NCBI GenBank assembly: GCA_043228905.1
Contig: JBHGNT010000021.1
Location: forward strand, 8,060,001-8,124,000
Direction of reading: 5' to 3'
Length of the DNA stretch: 64,000 bases
Source of the DNA: Azolla caroliniana
Taxonomy: Eukaryota > Plantae > Polypodiophyta
Shown in pieces: positions 48,701 to 60,300 of this stretch (the first letter of the stretch is position 1; every line of letters starts with the position of its first letter). The position numbers and the translations under genes are program-made. The notes beneath the pieces were generated by a model. It was not told where the DNA came from, ran no database searches, and saw only the letters and a list, made by a program, of their open reading frames with translations.

Positions 48701-51700
48701 CCAGCATTGCCCGTGCCGCTTCCACAACTGACCGATTCTTTCTGTCAGCCACGCCGTTCTGCTCTGGCGTGTATCTACAACTGAATTCGCGGCGAATTCC
48801 CATTTGTTGTAGGTAACCGTTGAATTGACCGGAAAAGTACTCTTTCCCACCATCCGACCGCAGGCACTTAATCTTTCGTCCCGTTTCGGCTTCCACGAAC
48901 CCTTTGAGGTCCCGGAAACAGTCGAAGACTTCGCTCTTCCTCTCAATGAGGTAGATCCACGTGTGTCGCGTGTGGTCGTCGATGAAGGAGACGAAATATC
49001 GGCTCCCGCCAAGACTAACGTTTTGTGCCGGCCCCCATACATCGGAGTGTATAAGGTCGAGCTTGTTCCGGCTCCGGTTTCGCTCGTTGGGGAAGGGAAG
49101 TCGGGTTTGCTTCCCGAGCTGGCGGGTTTCACAAATTTGTGCCTTTCGGCCATTAAATTTGGGCAATCCGAACACTACCTATTTCGTTTGCAGATCTTGA
49201 AGCCGCTGGTAGTTGACGTGGCCTATCCGCTTGTGCTACAAGTCGATGTCCGACTCGGTGTTTTGTCCCTTCGCGAACATTGCGGTGCCGCCGTCAGTGG
49301 AGTCGAGGATGAACATCCTCCCGTCTCTGCGCCCTTGCGCGATCACACGGCCTTCTTCCTCAATGAAGCACCCGAGGTGTGTAAACCGAACCTCCATCCC
49401 TTGGTCGACGATCTGTCCGACCGAGACCAAGTTCTTCGTGATTGTCGGAACGTGCAGCACGTTCATGAGTTTCCCTTTCTGCCCGACATGGCTAAGGGGA
49501 ACTTCTCCGACATTCGCAATCGGATGCGGAGTGTCGTCTCCTGTTGCGACTACTCCTGGTTGTATCAGTTTTTCAAGGTACGAGAACCACTCCTTATGGC
49601 TCGTCATGTGGTTTGACGCGCCAGAGTCTACGTACCACACCTCGTCTGATCTCGGGGTGCTCTGTTTCATTGAGTTTGCTTCGTGTCTCGACACGAAGGC
49701 AGACCCTTCTCCGGCTCTCCCGGAGTCTTCAGCGTAGTGCGATTGCTGCCGATTTCCCTTGTCGGTATTTCTGGAGCCATTTCTCTCCGAATCGGCGCAC
49801 TTCTTCCAGCACTCACGTTCCTTGTGGCCTTTCTTGCCACAGTACTAGCGCTCCACGATGGCCTTCCCTTGCCGGTTCTCATCGCTTCGACTCCCCCTGT
49901 TTCCGGAGGGTCCGGAGTTGCTATCGGCATCACTTCGGTGCCTTCTTCCTTGATCTCGTCAGCCGCTTCCATTGCGTACCGACTCGCCTTGTCCGCCATG
50001 ACCACGGGGCCTTTCTCCCTCCGTGTACAACATCTTGTTGTCGGTGTGCGTGCTTGTTGACGCACCCGCGTGGTTCTCCTCTACCAGGAGCATCGACTGT
50101 AAGTCGAAAAAGGACGGCGTATTCTCCTGGGTACACACAGCCATTCGGAATGCTCCGAACTTCGACGCCAAACCTCCGAGACAGATCTGGACCATCTCGC
50201 TCTCCTCGATGTTCACCTCTATGGAGGCGAGGGAATCGCAGATATCCTTGATCTTCGAGGTATAGTTCGCCACCGACAAGTCGCGTTGTCGTAGGTTGCT
50301 CAACTCCTGTCGGAGTTGAAGCTTCCTGGTTGTGGTGCTCGCGGCGAAAATCTTCTTCAGATTTTCCCACGCACCCTTCGGCGTCTTTGCATCCCGAACA
50401 TAGCTCAATAGTTGTTCGCCCACACACGATGCGAAGCAGTACAATACCCTGCTCGCCGATTGCTCCCACGACGGGAAGTCTCTGTGTGTCGATTTGGGTG
50501 CCGCGTCATTAGCTCCTTCGACATAACTCCAGTAGCCGTGCCCGAGCAGGTACTGGTGCATCTTGTAGGACCAAGACGCGTAGTTGGTTCTGTCGAGCTT
50601 CTCTATTGGAAGCGAGCTCGTTATGCCTCTATCCATCGTTCTTCTCATTCTTCTTCGTCAAGCTGTGTCGGCTGCAGAGACGTTCTCAACCCTCGCGCTC
50701 TGATACCATGTAAAAAGAAGCGTGCGGAAGCAGGTATGAAGACCGAACAGAAGGAAGGAAACTCAGGTTCAATGGAGAGCTTGTGCTTACACAGTATACG
50801 CAGGAGAGACAGAGAGTGTGTGAGAGAAGACACAAAAATATCTTTAACTATAATACTCAGTCTGTACATAAGACGTGCTCAATGAACACTTTTATACAAG
50901 TCCTAGAAGGACTGACCGAAGTACTGACAGTACTTCAATTCTCATCAAGAGCTCCTACACTAACTCCCAAATATATTCCTCACGGAATATCTTTCCTAAC
51001 GACCTCCCGGTTTACGCACTCGGCCTAACCGATCGGTCCCAACCGATCCGGTCCTTGGCTTCTTCAGCCGATCCGGCCGATGTTGAGCTTGTCTCTCAAC
51101 ATATTGGCTAAAGAAATAAATATGCGTTTGATTCCAATGCAAGAGGGCCCTTTATAAAATAGGGTTTGATTACAATGTGGCAACTTCTAGTTAACCACAA
51201 GCTTAACAAAACATAAATACTAAATGCCCTTAGAGACAAAAGCAAATCCAAACACGAAGAAGACAAGCACACGAGCACCACAAAAATGCCGAGCCCAACG
51301 AACCACGACCACCCGAACGGCAAGCACGCAAGCTCGCAACGACGAACGAGCACAACGAAACGCCTAACTAACGAGGCTCGGGCTCACGAGCACCGTAAAC
51401 AAGCACTTCGAGTGCGAACACGAAGAAGATGACCATGTGGCGATGAGGGGATGAAGGGGTATGAGATGAAGAGAAATGGTGAGGTCGCCACATTCGTCTT
51501 CAATGCAAAAGGATTAAAATTCCTTAAATCACGCAACATTGTAAGACCAGATTTGAACCATAAACCTTCAGCTAGGAGTCAATATGACTATTTATTAACT
51601 CTCTATTATATAATATATAATTCTATATTTAGAAATTCATAGTCTGTCTCCTCTCTAATTTTTATCTCCCATCTCTCTTACTTTTCATCTCTCCTCTCTC

Positions 51701-54700
51701 TTACTTTTTACACGAGTTTCTATACCTCCTTTCCACCCTTTCTTTTCCATTTTTCTTTTGCATGTGCACAATTAATTGCCTTTGTATGCACACTCATTGC
51801 ACATGCACATTTTGACCCCCCCTTTCGCCAGTTTTACCCACACTCGAGCACACCACATCACGACAACGTCTTTCGGGCCGGGTCGATTTTCTTGTGCTCC
51901 TTTAATGTACCTCCAATATCCTTGACTGACAAGGTATTGGTGCATCTTGTACTCCCAAGATGCAAAGTTGTTTCTATCTAACTTCTCGCTAAGAAGAGTG
52001 CTCCCCATTTGAGTATTTATTGTTGATGAAGATTTCCTTTTTCTTTTTCTTTTCTCTCAAACACGAGCTATGTCATCGCACTCCGATAGCGATGAGCCAA
52101 TTCTTTTTGAACGATGTCGTGTTGTTACGCTCTCGCGTATGAAATAAGGCGGGACCGCGGGGGCTCTGATCCGAGGAGCGTGAGAGAGAAGAGGGAGAGA
52201 GATTCGCAGAAACACAGAGAGACATAAACAAAAGAATCAATTCCAATAACAATATAGATTACAAAGCTTGCAATGTTACAACTGGCAAGCCGGTGACAAA
52301 CGAACACATGCACTGAAATACGCAGTGGAGCCTCTACCGGAAGCCCACGGGCTTTCACGCAGTAGAGGCAAGCAACCTAACCCAATAACCCTGCAGAAAC
52401 AACAACGTTAGTGGAGGAGAGAGCTCGGTTCCCAGTCCGACAACACTTCGTCCTCTCAAAAATGCGTGATCCCTGTATCAGTCTTCTCCCCTCCCTTTTA
52501 TAGGCCGTCGAGGAAGACCGTTACACCCTCGGTTACATACATTTATCCTTTTTCCCGTCGGACAGAGATACGCTTGGATTCCCTACACAATTAATGCGTA
52601 CTACCTAGTATTTTTACATCAGTTGAATCAGACCTAGTTATGTACAACTTAATAAATAGTGCGGCCACACGTAAGGGTCGGTTCCTGCGTCTTTTCCTGC
52701 CGTTTCCTGCTATGGCCAGTTTTCTCCACGACATTCACCCCCACCAAACCACGCATCCACCGATATGCGTCGGAGAGGAATAGTTACTAGAGAAACCGGC
52801 TCACCTCTACTCGTCGCTCCCAGATCCTTCGTCCGCTCTAAACCGATTGTCATCATCGTCCTCGTTCCCCGGGTCCAGCTCGTCTTCATGCCGTTTCTTG
52901 AACGCCTTGATCCGCTTCCCGTCTACTAGTACTATAAACTGCGTCCCGTCGAGCTCCGCAAGATGGTAGGTGCCATTGTCGTTCGCACTCGTTACAACGT
53001 AGGGCCTGAACCACCTCCTCTTGAATTTGCGCATCGCCTTGTGCTGGTTGTCGAGGCTGTTGTCGTACACCAACACCCAATCGCCTTCTTTGATCTTCTT
53101 TGGCCGCAGCCAGTGTGTTCAGCCGAACCAGCCTTTGTTCCTCTCCCTTGCCGTTTGTCGTTTCGCCTTGGCTCGAGCTGTCGAATCCGCGCCGCCAACA
53201 GCTCTTCCTGGCTCATCTCATTCTTCCAATCTATTGCCGCCCATGAGGAAATTGTCCGTTCCACCGGTATGACCGGTTTTTGCCCGTACATCAGCTCTGT
53301 CGGCATGTATCCGGTCACTGAACTATGCGCCGTCTGGTCTGCCCATAGTGCGTACGGAAGGAGTCGTGGCCAATTCCCGACCTATCCTCCGCATGCACGT
53401 ACTAAAGCCTTCATGATCGGCCCCTGTCCACGTTCTACCTTTCCGTTCGCCTCCGGGTTGTATGTCGTGGTGAGAGAGAGCTTCACCCCTAACCTGTTGA
53501 ATAACTCTTCGACTTCTTGCGCATCCAGCTCTCCCCGGTCAGCCACGATCTTCCCCACGCACCCGTATCGGCATACCACCTCTTCAATCAAGAACCTGCA
53601 TACAACCATTGTTTTCTTGTTCTGCAATGCGCGGTCTTCCACCTGATTTGTTAAGTCCTCCCACGCAAGCACCAGATACCGCATTTGTCCTACTCCCATT
53701 GGCATCGTTACTAAGTCCACCATCCATTTGAAGTAGATGGTCGGCGGGTAAGTTGGGTGTAGCTCGTCTCGATGCCGGATCACAGAGTGCATTTGACAGC
53801 TCTCGCACATCGCCACGAACCGGTGCACGTCCTGGTACAAACCCGGCTACCAGTATTTCTCCTTCAGCTTCTCGAAGATGGCCCATGTCCCGCGGTGTCT
53901 GGCGCAAGGGCTCTCGTGGTACGCCGTCATTAGCGCCTCCTGTTCTTCCTTGTCCGCTACCACCCGGACTGGAATGCCGCCTCGCTTCTTTGGGTGCTTC
54001 CATATGCTTCTGTCTCGTAGTAAGAATCAGTAGGCCTTCTTTCGGATCCGGTTCGCCTCGTCTTTAGTCCACGCCATGTCCGGCGTCATTGTCCTCAAGA
54101 ACCTTCCATTCTGGAGCCACTCCCCGACATACTCGCTCTAGTTGAACTTGTTGAGCACCGAAGTGTTCTCTGCCCTCGTCACTATGCGAACCGACTTGAA
54201 GAAGTCCTCACCAACTTCTTCGTTCTCCGAAACCATGCCGTCTTCGTCCTCAAACAGTGCTCTTGAAAGCATATCGGTCATGGTGTTGTCTTTACTGGAG
54301 ATGTGTCGTATCTCCGGATTTAGGGACTTGATGTACGCAATCCACCTGAGCATTGCCAGGTCCGGAGTCGCGCATCCGGAAACCATACCGAGAATCGGTA
54401 GGCAGTCCCTCTCGATTATTACTTCCGTCCCGATTAGATAGTCCATGCCGGCCTTGACTGCCGAAATGATACCCCATAGTTCGCACTTGACTTGGCCGTA
54501 TCCTCGCTGCCACTTGCTCAATAACTTCGCCACTAACCGGATCAGGAACTGCACGCCGCTCTCGTCCTCCTGATTCATCACCCATGCGATCCCGGTCAGG
54601 CTTGTGTCTACGGTTACGTAGATAGGAACCTCCTTGCCGTAAACCGCTTTTCGGAGAGCCGGTGCCGCGATAAGCGCCTCTTTTAATCTCTAGACCAAGT

Positions 54701-56747
54701 CCTTATGTTCATTGTGTTACGATCTCGGTCCCTCCGAATGGGATGATGAAGGCCCGGTGAGAACCGGATGACGTAGACTCGGTGAGAACCTCTAACCGGA
54801 TGAAGGGACATATATGTAAATATGTTCTAGAGAGCCCATTGGGGCTATATTTGTAAATAGCCCGAAATTCATATTAGTATAAATATGACCTAGGGCAAAT
54901 TCTTAGTCCTGATTATTTGTTGTATAGAGTTATTGGTGTAATTGTTGTCCAGAGTGTAGCAGAGAGAAAGAGAAAGAGACAGATAGATTGAGTCTCTGTT
55001 ATAATCGCCGCTAGGCGAAGATTGTGAGCACGAGGTCGTTGCCTCTATGTTCCCTTGTTGTATTCTCCTTACATAGTGATAGTTCGGAGTCTGTGGGCTC
55101 CCGTGGTTTTTTTTTCCCGTTTAGGGTTTTCCACGTTAACATCCTGTGCATTCTCTTCTGTTTGTGTACTTACATCAAATTTTCCATTTGTACTGTGTTT
55201 GATTATCATTAAGTGATCTAAGTCTCGGTTGTGGCCGAAGATTATTCCGCATATTCTCTACAATCTGGTATCAGAGAAAAACCACACAGGAAATGGAAGA
55301 TTCATTTGGCGGCATGTTGAAGCTCACCGGCTACAACTACTCAGTGTGGAAGTCGAAGATGAGGGACATACTCATGGTCAAAGATCTCTGGTTGCCGGTT
55401 CAGTTCGGGAACAAGAGACCGAACAAGATCGATGCCATGATGTGGGAGGTGATGCACATGAAGACAACGACGTACATCCGGTGCTTCATCGACATGAGCA
55501 TGTATAGCAACTTCAATGAAGAGAGCAAGGCTCATGAGCTCTGGGAGAAGATCGACATTATGTTTCAGAACAAAAATGTTGTTAATCGGGTCTTGGTATT
55601 TCGGATGCTAGTGAGGCTCCGGTACCAAGACGACTCCAGTATGGCGGAGCATATGAATGCCTTCCAAGGGCTGATACACCAGGCACCCTTGTTGGAAGTA
55701 CCTCTCGTCGATGAGGTACTAGCACTACTCCTGCTCGGTTCCCTCCCAAATAGCTGGGAGACGTTAGTTGTCACGTTGGGCAACGCCGGGCCGGAATCAA
55801 AACAGTTATCCCTAGCAAGAGTCAGGTTGAGCTTGCTAGATGAGGAGGCGCGTCGGAAAGACAAGGATACGAGCTCCGACTCCAAAGCGCTCCTTACCGA
55901 ATCGGAACGAGGAAGACAAAGGAACCGGAGTCCCCCGAACCAGGAAAAGTCGGGGACACGGTCAAAGTCAAGGGGAAGGCCCACTTGCTTCTATTGTGGG
56001 AAGCCAGGGCAATTCCAGAAGAACTGTCGGCATTTCCGGAAGGACAAGGAAATCGACAGTACCGATTCGAAGCGGTCACTGAATAGGAACGGCAAAGATC
56101 GGACTGGACCGAACTGGAAGGGAACGACGGCAATCGTGGCAAGTGAAGAGGAGTTGATGCTTATCACCGAGCAGAGTTAGTTGAACCTTGCCGGCAACGA
56201 GACAACATGGGTTGTCGATTCCGGAGCGTCGTTCCACCTGACCCCGGACCAGAAATGCTTCTCATCCTACACAGCCGGTGAGCACGGTTGTGTCCGGATG
56301 GGGAATGAAGGTACATGCCGAATTATCGGCATAGAGGACGTGTGGCTGACAACACCAACCAGATGCAAGCTGCTGCTGAAGGATGTCCGACACATTCTGG
56401 AGGTTCGACTGAACCTGATATCAGTCGGTCGGCTAGATGATGAAGGCTACACGGGTAGCATCCAAAACAGTGTCATGAAGTTCTGCAAAGGGAGCCTAAT
56501 AGTAGCTCAAGCTCGGAAGGTCAACACATTATATTTGATGAATGGCCGAATATGTCGAGAAGAAGTGAACGTTGCATCCGACGTTGCCGGTGAGTTGTGT
56601 CACATGAGCAAGAAGGGGATGAAGAGGCTTGCCAATGACAACCTTATTCCAGTGAAAGACATGCATCTTGAGAAGTGCACCGACTACCTAGCCGGTAAGC
56701 AAAACCAAGCCTCCTTCCGCTCAAGGCCACCGATGAGACGTAATGCA

Positions 56748-57011
56748 TGTGAAGAATATGCGGAATAATCTTCGGCCACAACCGAAACTTAGATCACTTA
56801 ATGATAATCAAACACAAAAAAAATGGGAAATGGTAGTAAGTACACAAACAGAAAGAGAATGCACAGGATGTTAACGTGGAAAACCCTAGATGGGAAAAAC
56901 CACGGGAGTCCACAAACTCCAACTCTCACTATGCAAGAAGAATACAACAGGGGAAACACAGAGGCAACGACCTCGTGCTCACAATCTTCACCTGGCGGCG
57001 GTTACAACAAA

Positions 57012-57102
<91 letters not shown>

Positions 57103-57384
57103 CTCTGTTATGCTTTGTACAGCAGTTACACCAATATCACTATACAAAATAATGACAGCACAATGATACATACACATACTCTCTGTTTGCCCTAGGTCAT
57201 ATTTATACTAGCATGATTTTCGGGCTATTTAGAAATATAGCCACAATGGGCTAACAGAAACATATTTCCATATATGTCCTTCCATCCGGTGAGAGGTTTT
57301 CACCGGGCCTGCATCATTCGGTTCTCACCGGGTCTTCCGTTGCCGGGTACTCATATCCCATATGGAGGGACCGAAATCCTAACA
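56748..57384 (-). mobile_element. Solo LTR of the copia F family inserted antisense inside copia F
   Basis: Reverse complement of the F LTR; perfect TSD ATGCA (56743-56747, 57385-57389). Confidence 0.96.
57014..57099. repeat. (CT)n microsatellite, about 43 units, inside the solo LTR
   Basis: Seen directly. Confidence 0.97.
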
Positions 57385-60300
57385 ATGCACCACTGGAGCT
57401 GGTGCATACCGATGTGTGTCAAGTGGACACGAAGTCACATGTCGGATCACAGTACTTCGTGACGTTCATAGATGACCACAGCCGGAAGTTGTGGGTCTCG
57501 CCGTTGAAGACGAAGGATCAAGTGTTATCTGTCTTCAAGGAGCTCCACGCAAGAGTGGAAAGAGAAACCGGCCGGAAGCTGAAGGCAGTTCGAACAGATA
57601 ACGGAAGAGAATACCGGGGGTAGTTTGAGGAGTATTGCCTCTTGATGGGAATCCGGCTCGAATTTACCATGCCGAAGATGCCGAAACTAAATGGGCTAGC
57701 CGAGAGGATGAACCGGACCATAATGGAGAGGGTCCGGAGTATGCTAGCACATGCAAAGCTACCCAAGACCTTTTGGGCTGAGGCGCTGGCGATAGCGACG
57801 TACGCGATAAACAGATCACCCTCAGTGCCCTTGGACGGAGACACGCCGCAGAGAGTGTGAACCGGTAAGGAAGTGTCTTATCGGCATCTGAAGGTTTTTG
57901 GGTGTCTCCCTTACGTGCATGTTGCAAAGGACCGGAGAGTAAAGTTGGACCCAAAGTCCCAGCTTTGCATATTCCTTGGATACGGCGATGATGAGTTCGG
58001 CTACTAAGTGTGGAATCCGGTCGACAATAAGGTTTTCCGGAGTCGAGATATTATCTTCATGGAGGACAAGACCCTTGCCGACTAGGAGTCGGAGAAAAAG
58101 ATAATGAACTCCGAGTCGACTGGTAAGGATCGGACCGATGAGATTTGGACCTACCTGACTAAGAGCTGGTTGACACTCGAAGAACTAGCCAGTTACAGTG
58201 AGGATATCGAACCGGCAGAAGAAGGAGAGGAAGCTGAAACCGAAACCGGACAAGACCCCAAATCGGATTTGAATGAAGAATAGATGCAGGAACCGATTAC
58301 CGAAAACCGAGGACGGAGATATCCTCTCTGGGGAAGAAGAGCCCCCCGGAGATTTCTGGATGCAGAGCATGTGCTACTGACTGATGAGGGGGAGCCGGAA
58401 AGCTTCGAAAAAGCAAAGGATGACACCCATAGCCGCAAGTGGTTGAGTGCCATGCAGGACGAGATGGATTCCTTGCATGAGAACCACACGTATGAATTGG
58501 TGGAGTTACCGAAAGGAAAGAAGACACTTCGAAACAAGTGGTTGTATAAGCTGAAACCGTGAGATGCCGGCAACCCCCCAAGGTATAGAGCTAGGATCGT
58601 GGTGAAGGGGTTCCAACAGAAGAAGGGAGTGGAATTCGACGAGATATTTGCCCCGGTAGTAAAGATAACTTCCATCCGGACGGTACTGAGCATAGCGGTA
58701 AGCATGGATCTTGAGGTAGAGTAGTTAGACATGAAGACGGCGTTCCTTCACGGTGACCTTGAAGAGGAGATCTCCATGTAGCAACCGGAAGGATTTGTGG
58801 AGAAAGGGAAGGAGCATGTGGTTTGCCGGTTAAAGAAGTGCCTATATGGACTAAAACAAGCTCCCCGGCAATGGTACTGGAAGTTTGACTCCTTCATGAC
58901 CGATCAAGGGTATCACAAGACACAGGCCGATCTCTGCATATTTGTGAAGAAGTTTGAAGGTGGAGACTTCCTGATACTCCTCCTGTACGTGGACGACATG
59001 TTGATCGTCGGACGAGACCTAGTCAAGATACAGATGTTGAAGAAGGCTTTGAACCAGACCTTCTCAATGAAAGACTTGGGTCCAACAAGACATATACTGG
59101 GGATGCATATCATCCGGGACCGGTCAAAGAAGCAATTGTGGCTATCATAGGAGAAGTACGTGACAAAGGTGCTTCAACGGTTCAACATGTCAGATGCTAA
59201 ACCGGTTAGATCGACACTCCCGGCAACTACAGGTTATCCCGTAAGCAAAGCCCGAAGACGAAGGCAGAGAAGGTGGATATGATGAAGATACCATATGCCT
59301 CTGCCGTCGGGAGCTTAATGTACGCAATGGTGTGTACCCAACCGGATATCGGATACGTAGTCGGAGTGGTGAGCCGGTTCATGAGCAATCCCAGCAAGGA
59401 GCACTGGAATGTGGTAAAATGGATACTCCAGTACTTGAAAGGCACCTCAAGTATGTGTCTCTAATTCGGCTCCAGTAAACCCCAACTTGACGGTTTCACC
59501 GATTCGGATATGTCAGCTGATGCGGATACCAACCCCGGTCAACATCCGGATATGTCATGACATATGCAGGGGGAGCTGTTTCGTGGCAGTCGAGGTTGTA
59601 GAAGACGGTTGCGTTGTCAGCCACGGAAGCGGAGTACATGGCAATTGTGGAAGCTGGCAAGGAAATATTGTGGATGAAGGACTTCATCGGAGAGTTAAGG
59701 ATCCGGCAAGAGGAATACCGGGTCTACTACGACAATCAAGGTGCCATCCACCTTGTGAAGAATGCAGTGTATCATTCCAGGACGAAGCACATCCAGCGGA
59801 GGTACCACTGGATTCGGGAGCGGGTGGAAGATCGAGAGTTCATGTTGACGAAGATCCACACGGAGGAGAATGGGTCAAATATGTTGACCAAGGTGCTGAC
59901 ACCCGACAAGCTGGACGCATGCCAGAAGCGGATCGGATTGACGAGGCATCCCATGCCGGAGTGAAGGGGGAGTTTGTTAGGATCTCGGTCCCTCCGGATG
60001 GGATGATGAAGGCCTGGTGAGAACCGGATGATGCAGACTCAGTGAAAACCTCTAACCAGATGAAGGGACATATATGTAAATATGTTCTAGAGAGGTCACT
60101 GGGGCTATATTTGTAAATAGCCCGAAAGTCATATTAGTATAAATATGACCTAGCGCAAACTCTTAGTCGTGATTATTTGTTGTATAGAGTTATTGGTGTA
60201 ACTACTATGCAGGTGTAGTAGAGGGAGAGAGAGAGCAAGAGAGAGAGGTAGAGTGAGTCTCTGTTGTAACCGTCGCCAGGCGAAGATTGTGAGCACGAGG

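Larger units (their letters stand above)
44340..51101 (-). mobile_element. Copia D: full-length Ty1/copia with the most similar LTR pair in the window
   Basis: 393-bp LTRs 44340-44732 and 50709-51101 (9 mismatches by eye); perfect TSD TATTG; Met PBS TGGTATCAGAGC at 50708; PPT 44733-44745. Long ORFs 47532-49175 (integrase/RT) and 45940-47013 (RNase H plus extension). Confidence 0.98.
43406..51865 (-). mobile_element. Solo gypsy-type LTR (~1.7 kb net) inserted in the copia C gag and split by copia D
   Basis: TGTCGCGA...TCACGACA termini; 4-bp TSD GCGT/ACGT; shares GGCGGGACC...GGGG near its left end with the gypsy E LTR. Confidence 0.85.
31424..52114 (-). mobile_element. Copia C: host element fragmented by nested insertions; its 5' LTR is not in the window
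   Basis: Collinear minus-strand pieces: gag start 52008-51870, gag/protease 43405-41663, integrase/RT start 40960-39947, RT YVDD 34385-34252, RT/RNase H 32868-32020, PPT 31881-31893, 3' LTR ~31424-31880. Removing inserts restores PKDADY and FEMTDMKEL. Confidence 0.88.

Noticed and set aside
51540-51605. Fifth tRNA-like cassette (minus-strand GGTTCAAATCT)
   Set aside because: A box B-like motif is present, but there is no convincing box A at the expected spacing and the orientation differs from the others.
56823-57195. ORFs with SLSLSL/ERERER runs (also 29001-29297)
   Set aside because: These are translations of (CT)n/(AG)n microsatellites in LTRs.
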